From: the human T2T-CHM13v2.0 reference genome, Homo sapiens
Strand: one strand, 5' to 3'
Assembly: GCF_009914755.1 (NCBI RefSeq)
Contig: NC_060926.1
Length of the DNA stretch: 64,000 bases
Each line of letters starts with the position of its first letter. Within the stretch, counting starts at the first letter, position 1. The notes beneath the pieces are model-generated. The model saw only the letters and a program-made list of their open reading frames with translations, searched no databases and was not told where the DNA came from. The position numbers and the translations under genes are program-made. Below, in pieces: positions 41,311 through 54,720 of the stretch.

Positions 41311-44062
41311 ATAATAAAAGTTTTATTATAGTGATATGACGTTAATAAATTATTACAGTAATATAATTTTTTATTACTTTGGTTTTTTTTTATCATGGTC
41401 CTATTTTATACCACACATTAGACAATTTCTGGTGTATTACCTTTAGGTCTGAACTGGAGGAAAAGGATACATTTTAAATGAAACATGACATGTTAGAACA
41501 CAGAAAAAAATGAGCAGGATGAAGTTTCTGGAAACTCCTATAAAAATTTGTTGAAAGAGTTGTGGTCATTGGAACTGAAAAGTATGAGAATAAGAGCTTA
41601 AGAGCATGCATCTTGAAATGCAGGAACGGCTGGAGGGAATCCCGAGGGGCCTGGACAACCCTAATCCTCTAGATCAGGAAGGTTTTGCCCTTGTTTCTGT
41701 TAGTTGCCCAAGGGGAATTACTGCCCCCACCTCAGTTTATGTTTATTTCTCAGTTTAGAGGTTTTCAGAACCAATGGAATGACAGACCCATGATTACAAA
41801 CTCTCAAGGGAAACTTTTCCCCTAGAGCCCAGACCACTGAGATAGAAAATCACCTTTATTGTCTCCCTGAGCCGATGGGTGCATTTCCTGATTCATTCCC
41901 TCACTCTGAGTATAGCCCTTCTGAAGACCAGGATTTCTGCAGGGGTTGCAGTTCCAACACCCAGCATTCTGTATCTCCAGGCCTCACATTCTGCCCTGGC
42001 CTGAGCATTCTAATCCAAGCCTCTAGGTGGCCAAGCCAGGCAACTCCCACCCTGAGTGGCTCTAGCATACATGCACGTACTCACTGCTCTGATTTTTCCT
42101 TCTCACTTCATCTTTGACTCCAGGGACTTTCTTTACTTTCTTCCAGCATTCAGCCATGTCTTAAAGGAGATTTGTTTTACAGGATCCAGAATTTCTGATT
42201 ATTGTGGAGCTACATGGTTTTTGGATTGTTTAGTTGACCATACACCTAGAGGCAGAAATTAGTTTAAAAATAATTAAACAATTAAATACAAAATTTAATC
42301 ACATTTAAAGGGAAGTTGGGAGTTCCTGAGGGGTAGATTTAAGCTATTAAAGGAAGCTGCTAAAGAGAGCTGCGGAATGGTGAGGTCCAGTCAGCGTGGG
42401 TATTGGGTGGCTCTATGATGCCATCATGGCGACTGTCACATTAAATAATTCTGAAGCTGAAAGAATTTAAGGGAATGTTTGACCTGCCCCACAGTATATG
42501 TATTTAAGACTTAATAGGCCATAGGGAAAGTCAGTAAATGTTCAGGAGAGTCTTTTTCTGAAAAAATGTTCCCACCTAAGGGATTAAGGACCTCCTGTAA
42601 GGAAGGCTGGGCTCAGGGAACTATCCCACACCCTTAAATCTGTTTCTTTGTGCTTGTGGGGCAAGAATAAGCTAAGAGCACCAGAGTTGTCATTAGGATC
42701 AACAGAATATATTGGTTGGAAAAAAGGAATACTCAAAATGCTGCTTCCCCTTCCTTCACATTCTGGTCATTCAGGTAGTCTTTTTAGTTCTGTAATACTT
42801 TACAGCGAGAGTTTCTCTCTCATATACATTTTCTTTGTCACAAAAGCCGTGTGAAATAGACAGAGATTATTGTCTCCATAGCAATTTGTTCAAGGACACA
42901 CAAGAGTAAGTGGACAAAATAGGACTTGACTTTCTGTCTTTAGGTTGGATCATGGGATGCCAATTCTTTTGTATGAATTGCACTCATTCTCAAGTCTCTG
43001 ACATGTCAGGGAGAACTTTGGTCGTCTCTTTTGGAGGCTGTTGGTCTCTAGTACAGATTCTCTGCTCTTACTTGGTTTGTTTGATTCTAAAGATGTCTTA
43101 CTTGGCTTCTCTGATTCTAAATTATCTTTGAGAAGAGAATATGGTGACTCTTCATTCCACTCTATGACCCAAATCCTATGCCTTTGGTTATCTCCTACTA
43201 GATTATAACCACAATCAGTTATACATGAATCACCAAACTAACTCAGCACACACATATTATGTAACACAATAGCTCCTACAGACAAACTGTGGCTTGGGAC
43301 CATTATTTTAGATCCTGTTATCCAGGTAAGTATAGTAGGTCGCAAATGTTAGTGGTCAACCAATTAGACTGGAACAGTAATCATTACAGCAGGTCAAAAG
43401 TCTTGAGACCCTTTAAATGCAGGTATGTAAAGCAGCATTGAACGGGAACACTTAAATTTCTTTCCATCCTCTAACTATGCTCCAATCTCAACTAACTTTG
43501 CTCTTTCATCATAGAGGATGGAATATGATGTGAAGACATAAGGGGTTGCCCTAGTCATTTGCCATAGTCTTTTTCTGAGGTTACTTCTCTCTATAGAATA
43601 GAAAGTGCTGGCTCCATACTATTTTACACTGTTTTGAATTCGTTTCTTCCCTGTTGGCTTTACCTGAAGGTTGTGTGTGCCATGGGATCACTAACCTTAA
43701 GCTCAGCCTGGCTAGTGGGAACATTCACTGAAGACACAACATCAGGCTGTTTTTACCAGTTGATCACATTTATTTTTTGTCACAAACATCATTACATACT
43801 TCCCCCTAGAAGCCAAAGAAAAACATTATCATAACCAGAAATAATTAGAAAAAGCACAGAATAAAAGAGGCAGTTCTGGTTACAAAGACAACAACAAATG
43901 CCAACAAATATTGTCAATACCCCTTTCATCTCCCTGGCCTTGGTTATAAAAATATGATGGTACTATAAAGTGCTAAAAATCACTAATGACATTGGAAACT
44001 CTCATCTATTAAAGCAAATGCAAGATGGAATATACTTATTGTAGGAAATAAAGAGGTTTGTT

Positions 44063-44086
44063 AACAACAACAACAACAACAACAAC
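44063..44086 (+). repeat. (AAC)n microsatellite
   Basis: Eight copies of AAC. Confidence 0.9.
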
Positions 44087-44914
44087 TCATGACTTTGGGA
44101 ACAGTCATGTGTTAAAGACGCGAATTCCAGGATCTCAGTCATTTCCTCTCAGTGAAACATTATCAGAGACAAACAGAAAATCAATAAAAGATTTAAGTCT
44201 CATAGAGTTTGTGTAAATATTGTAGAAATGACTTTCACAAGAGTGATAAGCACAGCCTTATCACATTTAATTCAGCTGAGAAGTCCAACTAAAACATAAA
44301 ACTCTAATTACCCCCTCTGATGGCCAGCAGTTTTATAACAATGAAAGTAGCTGGATTTATACTGTATAAGCCAGCACTTGAGCACTCATCCATGCAGCCT
44401 TGCCACCTCAACAGGTTGCCAGCACCTGCCTTCCCACTCCTCTGATGCCAAGTAAAAGTGAAGTTTGCTTGTGACGCTCCGAGATTCCTGAATTCATCCC
44501 TATTCTCAAAGGAAACTTTTCAATCTCATTCAGACACTTCCCAGCTCTCAAAAAAGACAAGGAAACTAATTTCTACCAAAGTGTGAAACTAGTGATAGTT
44601 TAACATGCACCTCTTTATTTAACATGTACCTCCTTATTTTTCCTAGAAGAGTTGCAATTTAACAGGAATCAAAATTCTAACCTACAAGCAGAGCAGAACT
44701 GTGTTTATTGTGTGCTATCTTTTGGTTAAGGAACTATATAATTGTATTTGCTTATATTTTCAAAAATTAACAATGAAAGGATGAGACAAAATCTGACAAA
44801 AACAATTACCTCTTATATAGGGAGGGAGGAAATGGGGTAGAAAGCACATGAAAGCAATCCTTTTCTGGATTTACTTTGTTTTGTGCTTTTTACTTTAAAA
44901 CAGAGGTGTGTGCT

Positions 44915-45216
44915 GGCCAGGCGCGGTGGCTCACGCCTGTAATCCCAGCACTTTGCGAGGCCGAGATGGGCGGATCACGAGGTCAGGAGATCGAGACCAT
45001 CCTGGCTAACACGGTGAAACCCCATCTCTACTAAAAATACAAAAGAAATTAGCCGGGCATAGTGGCGGACGCCTGTCGTCCCAGCTGCTTGGAAGGCTGA
45101 GGCAGGAGAATGGTGTGAACCTGGGAGGCGGAGCTTGCAGCGAGGCCACTGCGCTCCAGCTTGGGCGACAGAGTGAGACTCCGTCTCAAAAAAAAAAAAA
45201 AAAAAAAAAAAAAAAA
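44915..45216 (+). mobile_element. Alu (AluY-like) with a long A-tail
   Basis: ACCATCCTGGCTAACACGG and GAGCTTGCAG diagnostics; short right-arm deletion; no clear TSD. Confidence 0.97.
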
Positions 45217-45289
45217 CAACCACTTTGGGAATCATATGTAATAATTTAGAAAAAGAAGGCTACAACATGACCACATGCTATTTATCTGA

Positions 45290-46885
45290 GGAATCCAAGA
45301 ATTTAACATTTGAAAATCAACTTAATGTAATTCACCATATAAACAGACCAAATAGGCACAGAAAAGCATTTGACAAAACATGACATCTGTTTCTCATTAA
45401 AAATCTCTCAGCAAATTTGGATAAGAAGGGAATGTCTTTAACCTGATAAAGGGAATCTATGAAATAAACTATAGCCATACATCATACTTAATGATGAAAT
45501 ACTGAATACTCTCCCACTAAGGTCAGGACCAAGACAAGAATGTCTGCTCTCACCACTTCTATTTAAGTGTGCTTGAGACTCTAGCTTGGGCAATAATGAA
45601 AAAAAAAAAAAAGAAAAAAGAATAACAGATGTTCAGATTGGAAAGGAAGAAGTAAAACTCCCTTTATTCCCAGATAATGTGATAGCTTACATAGGAAATC
45701 TGAGCAAATCTTAAAAAGCTCCTAAAACTAATAAATGAGCAAGGTTGCTGGATACAGGATCAGCAAGCAAGAATCAGTTGCGTTTCTATGTACCTGCAAC
45801 AAACTATCAGAAATTTAAATAAAACAATGCTGCTTACAGTAGCATAAAAATATGATACATAGATGTAAATTTGACAAGATATGTGCAAGACCTATATGCT
45901 GAAAGCTACAAAACATTGCCAAAATAAATTAAAGCAGATCTAAATAAATAAAGATATCATGGTATTGAAGACTTGATATTGCTAAGTTAAAATTATCCTC
46001 AAATTGGTCTATAGATTAAACACAATCTCAATCAAAATCTTGGCACACTTTTTTGGTACAAATTGACAAGCTGATTCTGACATTTATATGGCTATACCAA
46101 GGACCTAGACTAGTTAAAACAATTTTGAAAAGAAGGAAAAAGTTGAGAACACTAAAAATTACCTGATTTCAAAGTTTATAAAGCTACAGCAAGATACTGT
46201 GGTACTGGAGTCAAGTTAGACAAGTAGACCAAGGGAACAGAATAGAGTCCTGAAACAGACCCAAACATAAATGAAAACTTGGTTGTTGACAAAGTTTAAA
46301 GCCCAGTTCTTGGACAAAAATGTAGCCTTTCAACAAATGGTTCTGGAAAAAAGGGAATATCTATGTGCAAAATAAATGAACTTTGATCCACATGTTGTAC
46401 CATATACAAAAATTAACTCAAAGTGAACAATAGACCTAAGTGTAAAATCCAAAAACTATAATACTTCTAGAAGAAAACATATGATAACATTTTTGCAGCC
46501 TTGGGTTAAGCAAAGATTTCTTGCACAAAATACCAAAAGCACATACTGGGTGAAAATATTTGCAAATCATGTATCTGATAAATAACTTTTATCAAAAATA
46601 TCTAAAAACTCTCAAAATTCAACAATAGGAGAAAAAAACAAATGAAAAAGGAAGAAAATTTAAATAGACACTTCACCAAAGAAAGTATATTGGTAGCAAA
46701 TAAGCACAGGAAAAGATGTTCAACATCTGTAGTTATTATGGAAATGCAAATTCAAACTATCATGGATATCACCACATATCCATTAAATTAACAAAATTAG
46801 AAAGACTGACCACACCAAATATTGAGGAGGATGTGGAGAAACCCAAACTCTCATATACTGCAAGTACTTAAAATGTAAAATTTGA
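45290..46885 (+). mobile_element. Old L1M ORF2 fragment (RT to C-terminal part)
   Basis: GCACAGAAAAGCATTTGACAAA, TTCAACAAATGG, AAAATTAACTCAAA and GACACTTCACCAAAGAA L1 ORF2 landmarks. Confidence 0.88.
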
Positions 46886-46889
46886 AAAA

Positions 46890-47420
46890 TTTTGACTTAT
46901 GCATATACCCACAAAATTGTCACAACAATCAAGATAGTGAACACATCTGTCATTCCCAAAAGTTTACTCATAATCCCATTTGTAATTCTCCCCTCCCACC
47001 ATTTCCTGTTGCCCCCTTTCCCTTAGTCCCCAGGCAACCACAGAAGCCACAGATCCTTTCTCTGTTACTATAGTTTAGTTTTTTTATACCTTTACATACA
47101 TAAAATTGTATAGTATGTATGCTTTTTGTCTTACCTATTTCACTGGTGATAAATTTTGAGATTCATCCGTGTCGTTGTGTGTATGAATAGTTCACTTCTT
47201 TTCATTGCTGAGTAATATTCCATTGTATGGATATACCACAATTTGTTTATTCATTCTGTGTTGATGGACATTTGAGTAATTTCTACCTTTAGCTATTACA
47301 AATAAAGCTACCATGAACATTCTTATATGACATATGCCTTTCTTTCTTTGAATAAATACCTGGGTGTAGAAAGTCTTATCATATGGTAGGGGTATATTTA
47401 ATGTTTTGTGGAAGTCCTAA
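46890..47420 (-). mobile_element. Old L1M 3'-region fragment, antisense
   Basis: TTGAGATTCATCCGTGTCGTTG...ATTCCATTGTATGGATATACCACAATTTG...GATGGACATTTG. Confidence 0.85.
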
Positions 47421-47439
47421 GCTATTTGAAAACCTTAAA

Positions 47440-47600
47440 GACCTATTGAGGTAAGGATCATTTCTCTTAGAGATGAGGAAATTTGAGTCTCAGAAAAGTC
47501 ATGTTGATTTACCCAGTGTCTCTCTGCTAGTGAGTAGTACAACCAACTGCAACTGAGTTTGGAATAAACTTAATTCTTCTGATTCTACAGCCAGGAGATG
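47440..47600. mobile_element. MIR fragment
   Basis: TAGAGATGAGGAAATTTGAGTCTCAGA MIR core. Confidence 0.6.
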
Positions 47601-48714
47601 CTTCCATCAGCCCATAGACATTCCTAAAAACCTAGTCTCACCACTAATAATGCCAGGATTTATACACTGTTAGTACAGAAATAGGAACTTGGAGACCTCC
47701 TGTTAAGAGAGTGCTTCAAAAATTAATTCTATGAAACATTAGTCTAACAAGATGATGTGTGACACAAGTGTTTGATGGTCAAGGAAGCCTGGGAAGGCTG
47801 CACCCGTTAGCCCCCTTGTATAAATACATCATGTTAGAATATGACAGATATGAGAAATTCTATAGCAACAAGTTCATTTATATTTGTTTAATCAAGTACA
47901 TCCTAACCATATTTGAACTTAGAACTTGTTTTTTCACCTACAACTTTTTACTAGATATTATAAACTTTATAATAAAAATGTGTTATGTGTGTAATTAACG
48001 AAATTTGAATTAAGACTTGTCAGGTCTGGATAACAGCACAGCCTCCTTTTACTTTTCTCTCTCAGCATCATGAAAGATACAAGTAGAACGACAAGTCTTA
48101 AAAAAGTAAAATTTGGCACCAGGCATCAAATTGCAACTTCTTTATAGATTGCCTAGATATCAGAATAAAATCATTTAATTCTTATATTGAAGCAAAACCT
48201 ACTGGGGCTTATTCATTTCAAGCTGAGTTCTTTGACATATTGAAATTCACTGGAAGAAAAAACAATCTTTATTCTAAGCCTTTTCAAAGTTGGTGAACAA
48301 AGAAAGCCATATCCAAGTTGTAAGTACATCTCTTCTCTTCAGCTGTGTAGATTATGCGGCCTCATGCAATTAAGTTAAGTGGAAGTAGTTAAGAACAATT
48401 TGTTGATCTTCATGGCCTTTTGTCTGTAGGAAACAGATTCTATTCAAAACCACATGTCTAGACCACATTTATGCCTTAGAAACAAGGCACCAAATTTTGA
48501 TCCAGACTGCCTAGGTTACCTCTTGAACCTACTGATATCTTTATTTTGTGTGTAATTTTTTTCCCCTTTAGTAGAGCAGTGTGCCCCAAATCAGAATGGT
48601 GAGTGTTGCAAATTCTAGAGAGCATAGGTTGCCAATTCTTCCTTTCCACTCACACTGTCAATGACTGTTCAGCATGATGAAGAGGCAGGAAGAAGAATTG
48701 GGAGAAGGCTATGC

Positions 48715-49190
48715 AGAAACTCCCTATGCAGGTTATTCTCCATCTTCAAACACATTCTCTGTCTTCTCCATCTCTTCAGGGCCTACGGAGGCTCCATCAC
48801 TCTGGTTCTCTTGCCCTCTGGCTTCTGATTGGGATTAGCCAATGGTGAGCACCATGAGGTCCTGAATCTTGCCCCTCTTCCACCACCCCTTGCACCCTCT
48901 TTGCCTGTTTGTTCTTGGCTAGGGCTCTGCTCTCAGCCATGGCTCCAGCCAGGCACCCCCTCCCTCCCACAGCTCTGCAGCTGTGCTCAAGATCGGCTCA
49001 ATTCTCCTCCCCTAGTCCCTTTAGGTTTCATGATGGTAAAGGCTGCCCAGTGCTGCCAATCCTTGGTGCTTCACTCTCCTTGTTTTCCTCTTGACTCTGC
49101 TCCCACCTCTGTGAATAGTCCCTTTGTTAAACTTCTACTCATTACCCCTTTGAGTGTGCCAGGTGTTTCCTGCCAGTATTGTCACATGTA
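48715..49190 (+). mobile_element. ERVL LTR (LTR16-like)
   Basis: CTCTGGCTTCTGATTGGGATTAGCCAATGG and GTGAATAGTCCCTTTGTTAAAC...TTTGAGTGTGCC...TTTCCTGCCAG. Confidence 0.75.
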
Positions 49191-49827
49191 CCCGTGTTCT
49201 AATGTTAAAATTCCAACCAAATCACTTAATTTATATTATAGTTGAAAGTTGTGATATGAGGCTTTCAAATTAGATGTCTTGCTTTGAAAGGGGGAATTTC
49301 TAGAAAATGTATTTTAAAATGAGTGAGGGTATTTTATGCTAAAATGGTGAATCCTAACTTTTTTCTCAGTAGGTGGAGGAAAGCATTTTAGCTACTTAAG
49401 ACTGGCTGACAAAAGTGTGTCTTCTCTCTTTTTTACTTTTCATACTCACAAGAAGTTCTAGGACTTGCTGGCCCCAACTCAGGCCATCTTCTCACCCTGC
49501 ACCCAGACTTGTGACTCCTCTGGATAAAGGACAAAGTCGATTTGCTTTCCTTGCTTTTAAACCATAGCTGCTAAATTGAGGGAAGTCAAATGATCTGGTG
49601 CTGTAACATTCCACATCTCCTTCCAAATTCTTTTTCTTCTTTACCCCCTATTTTCTTCCCCACCTTGTTCTATTTCCTACAAAATGGCTTTTGTTCCTTC
49701 TCCCCTTCTTTCCCTTTGTTATGTGATGACCCATGTCCCAAGGCTGACTCTCAGCCACTTGTGAGGTGCATCACAGTGACTAGCATAACTGATGGGAGCC
49801 AGAGTTCTCAAGCTTGCAAATATTTTA

Positions 49828-50210
<383 letters not shown>

Positions 50211-50669
50211 AATCCATAATGCTTTATTGAGTGGGAGAAAGAATGGAATGATTGCTAATGTATCAGAAACTACACATAGCTGATAGTCTTGCCTGTCTAT
50301 TACTGATCTACATTTAATAGCTCCGGCCATTAAAAATCATTGTAGCACTTTATTTCTGCACACACAAATTGTTTTTGACTCATTAAAATCTGGACATGCC
50401 TGTGGGAGTGTTGCAGATTTAAATATCATTTATCAAGTAAGCTGTCGTACAAAAAAGGTTGAGCACAGCTGCTCCAGGGAAAAACTAAGAGAAATCCCAT
50501 TACTGTGGGGAAATCCCCAATGGAAATCCTATATGGCTTGAGAAAGAAACTCTCAATTGTAATAATTACATTATTATATTTGTGGATCTTGAATGAGTCT
50601 TATCCATTAAAGATTGTTTCCCCCTTCAGCATCATTTTTATTAAAATCTTTTTTTCCCAGCATCATCAC

Positions 50670-50840
50670 CTTTTTTTTTTTTTTTTTTTTTTGAGACAGG
50701 GTCTCGCTTTGTTGCCCAGGCTGGAGTGCCATAGTGCAATCATGGCTTACTGCAGTCTTGAACTTCTGGGATGAAGAGATCCTCCCACCTCAGCCTCCTG
50801 AATATTTGGGATTACAGGCATGAGCCACCACGCCCAGCCC
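50670..50840 (-). mobile_element. Alu monomer (FRAM-like)
   Basis: Poly-T plus a single right-type arm of about 150 bp ending CCCAGCC. Confidence 0.88.
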
Positions 50841-51534
50841 AATTTGTTTTTTAACAACAAATTTAGGGAATATTAAAATTGTCTTTTCACAGGCAGAACT
50901 ATTTTCAATATGTTCAAGCAGAACTCTCAGTCCTAAGTTAAAGGCAGTCACATAACTGGGTTCCAAACTGCAGCAAATGATTCTGTTTTCAGCACAAGAT
51001 GACACCAGGTGTTGCAGTTTTGAAAAGAGATTTGTCAGGGCCTGGCTTGACCAGCTGCTGCAGGGGCCTGGGAGGAGTTGGCTCTGCAAGGAAGGGCCTT
51101 ACTGGGGAGAGTCAGCTGGGTGGGCTCCATTGAGCAGCAGACTCTGGGAAGGGGTCTCCTGTGGCAGGCAGAATCCTGTGTCCAGTGGGCCACATTACAG
51201 ATTGGAGGGCGTTGTTGAGAACAGCAATTTACATCAGAGAGGACCAGCAGAGCTCATCCCCACAGAAGCACTGCTATGGGAAATTGGAAACAGGCTGCTG
51301 GGAAGCTAATGGACCTGGCAGCACAGGGCATACTGTCTTCCAGCAGCTGAGTCTCGGGTGCAAATGCCACATCCAGGAGCATCTGGTAAGGAAAAGGCAG
51401 GGCCAGTCCTAAAGGTACTGGCACCAGGCAAGTCAATCAGGTGCAAGAACGGGAAGATACTCATTTGCAGAACTGGGTGAAAAATGAGAATCAAGGCTCA
51501 GAAGTGACCCTTTATTGAGGCATTAACCAAAAAA

Positions 51535-51671
<137 letters not shown>

Positions 51672-51847
51672 TGAACCTTTTCGTGAAAGTGAAACTGAGT
51701 GCAGAGTCAGAGAAGCAGTAGAACTAGCAATGCAAAATCCAGAGTTTCAGGATAGAGTTTATTAATCTCTTACACTTAAAGACTTACCTGACTTTTTAAA
51801 AATGTGGGCTGGATCTTCAGCCTACAGAAACCTCTCTCGGCACTCAA

Positions 51848-51895
51848 AAGAGAGAGAGAGAGAGAGAGGAGAGAGAAAGTTAAAAAAAAAAAAAA
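51848..51895 (+). repeat. (GA)n plus poly-A tract
   Basis: Directly visible. Confidence 0.85.
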
Positions 51896-52407
51896 TTGGT
51901 TCCCTGAACTTGTCTATGACACATAGTGTTAGTCAAGATTCTTGGAGGCAACTGACAGAAATCCAATTAAAATTAGCTTTAAGAAACTACAATGAAAATA
52001 ATTTACTTGCTCATGTAACTGGAAAGTACAAGGGTGGAGCTGCCAATTACAAACAAGGGCTCAAATGCTGTTTCCTGGGCTCTTTCCTCATCTTTCTCTT
52101 TACTGTTTTCTGCTTGTGTTGGGTTGGTAAATGTTTAACAACTAAGTCTCTGGGGGAAAATGTATGTACGTACATACATACACAAAGTTATTATAAATTT
52201 TACTAATATGAGGAATGTATAGCACAATTTACAAAGAATAATATCTAATACTCTAAGTAAATTTGATACAGCTAACTTATTCTCATTGGATACTTTTGTT
52301 TATTTTTGCTCAACTCTTGTATCTATAAACAAATATGGTTGTTATTGAAAAACCAGTATAATTCTGACTTGAATGTTAGTGGATATTTTCATTTACAAGA
52401 AAGACAA

Positions 52408-52773
52408 TGCTATGTACTAAACTGTGTCCCCCTCAAATTTATTTGCTGAAGCCCTAACCCCTAAGGAGACTGTATTTGTAGATAGGGCCTATAAGGAGGT
52501 AATTAAGTTAAAGGTAGTCATAAAAGTGGGGCCCTAATCTGATAGAACTGGTGGCCTTAAAAGAAGTGGAAGAGGGAGAGAGAATTCTCAGACTCGAAGA
52601 AGTCATCTAAGTACACAATGAGATGGAGACCACCTACAATCCAAGAGAGAAGACCTTAGAATGAAACCTACCTTTCTGCACTGTGGTCTTGGACAGAACC
52701 ATGAGAAATAAATTTCTGTAGTTTGGGCCATCCAGTCTATGATATTTTGTTATGGCCCACAGAGACTCACACA
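52408..52773 (+). mobile_element. MaLR solo LTR (MLT1A/B-like)
   Basis: TGCTATG...TGAAGCCCTAACCCC...GATAGGGCCT...TTTTGTTATGG...CA; TSD GACAA/GATAA. Confidence 0.88.
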
Positions 52774-52976
52774 GATAAAAAAGAAAGTGAAACAATAAAG
52801 ATATATAGGGGAACTTTACTTTTTTTGCAAAGACTAATGCTCAACCAGATAATAGTTTTTGGATAATAGAAGATTTTCTTTCTTTTTTGTTCTATTTATG
52901 TAGCATCTTTAGAGATGATACATTTTAAAGTTTAATCTGCATTATTAACAATTTTTCCATCACTGTTAACTTTAGA

Positions 52977-53197
52977 TAGGGGATTGGCAAAATGACCTGT
53001 GGTCCTAATCTGGCTTGCTGTCTGTTGTAAATAAAGTTTTATCGGAACACAGCCACAATGGCTGTGTGTATGTATTGTCTATAGCTACATTTGCACTGCA
53101 ATGGCACAGTTGAGTAGTTCTGACAGAGACTATATGACCTGAAAACCCTGAAATGTTTATTGTCTGGTCCTTTACAAAAAGAGCTTGTGGATCTTTG
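52977..53197. mobile_element. MER58A
   Basis: GGGGATTGGCAAA...GTAAATAAAGTTTTATCGGAACACAGCCA...CTTTACAAAAAGAG. Confidence 0.85.
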
Positions 53198-54249
53198 GTT
53201 TAGAAAACCAACAAAATAATAAATTAAGCCTTGTAGTGTTTGAAAATTTTCATGGTATAAATATTCCCACTATGGGTAATTTCAAGCTGCCAGTGTAAAT
53301 GCCACTGAACACAGAACTGGGAAAAAATGTGCAGTAAAACACCATTATGTAGCATTTCCACCAAAATACTATAAAAGTTCCAAAAAAAACTTTTTTTTTT
53401 TGTTTTATAACAAAAGGCATAACTAACCCCAGGAACATAGATAATAATAAAATGCAGTCAAATAGTTAGGAAATGAGTTTTGAATATGTACCATCTTTGT
53501 TTTTATTATAATTTATTTAATTGTAAGTTTATATAATTTGCTTTTTAATCATGGTTGTCTTTAATGACCGGCTCACAAAATTTCCTGAAAATTTAACAGG
53601 TGATGCTCGTGAGCCAATATGAGCTGGCTTCAGCACACCACCATCTTGGCTTCTCCAGGCATGTTGACCTCACTCTCCTTTGCTGGCAACAGGCTCCTTA
53701 TGGCCAGAAAGTTTATGGCTGGCTGCCCCAAGCCTACATCTTATAGCCTATAATAACAATGATGAAAAACTCTGGAGCCTTTAATATCCATAAGTCACAT
53801 TCAGTGCCTGGCGCAATCACTCTGGAGAATAGGCTAGAGTGAGTACAATGACAGATAATCTCACCAGGACTACATGGAATGGGAGAGGGGCTGTTCCTTT
53901 CTTATAGAGTGGCTGTGGGTATATAAAAATTGACTAAATTAGTTCCTAGCAATCCTACTTGCCCAACTCTAAATGCTTGTCAATGTTGAAATGAGGTACA
54001 AAGAATTAAATGCAACACCCCAATGAATTGTGATCATGGTAAAGCACAGTTGAGACAAGTACTGCCCTGGATGTGGACATCAGTATTCCATTAATGTACC
54101 TTTCAAGTGCATTGATCCCCTCTCACTGCAAATAAAATGTATTCATCTTTTTAATCTCATCCATGTTTACATTCTAGCCAATGTAAACACCTAGCATTTT
54201 TTCATGAGACCTGCTCTTAAGATATTTTTACACGATCTGTATTTGAAAA

Positions 54250-54720
54250 AAATGTATTTTTTCTAGCCTCAATGTGAGACTTTATGTTTTTTTCTTAGTT
54301 GTTATTTATTTCAGCCCACTTTACCAATCAGTTGAGACATTTTAATATTTTGATTCTACTGTCTGCAATATTGGCTATTCCCACCAGCTTTATTTTGCTT
54401 GTATATTACAGTTCTTTATGCTTTCCATGTTTTTATCCCAGTCATTGTTAAACTTAAAAACAAAATAGAATAAATTCCTTTGAGATACCACTAGACGCTT
54501 CTTTTCACATTGGCATCCAACCATTAAGTAGTTCTCTTTCACGGTGAAACCAGTGCAAATCCAGCCCATGTGCAATTATTGGGCATGAGCTCTGTTTGCT
54601 GCGCGAAGGAAGGATCAATGTCTTAAGCCAATTATACTTCATTCTTTGAATAATAGTCTAGAGAAACTATTACACAATTAATATGATTAGGGTTTTATTT
54701 TTTGGGAAAAGAATAACATC
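54250..54720 (-). mobile_element. CR1/L3 LINE RT fragment (very old)
   Basis: CCCAGTCATTGTTAAA...ACCACTAGACGC...CATCCAACCATTAAG resembles the antisense L3 RT core. Confidence 0.55.

Larger units (their letters stand above)
52113..53642 (-). mobile_element. MER63 (hAT-Blackjack), long form, with nested MLT1A and MER58A
   Basis: GGTAAATGTTTAACAAC at the left end; ACCGGCTCACAAAATTTCCTGAAAATTTAACA...GAGCTGGCTTCAGCACACCAC at the right end. Confidence 0.82.
51922..53900 (-). mobile_element. Old MLT1 LTR (pieces 51922-52110 and 53645-53900) split by MER63
   Basis: TGTTAGTCAAGATTCTTGG...GCTCATGTAACTGGAAAGT on the left; CCCCAAGCCTACATC on the right. Confidence 0.55.

Noticed and set aside
43202-43428. 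Two strong plus-strand donors (CAG|GTAAGT after 43325; CAG|GTATGT after 43422)
   Set aside because: No convincing coding frame or partner exons; such sites are common by chance.
44598-44640. Short tandem duplication TTTAACATG(C/T)ACCTC(T/C)TTATT
   Set aside because: An ordinary two-copy slippage duplication; not CRISPR-like and no spacers.
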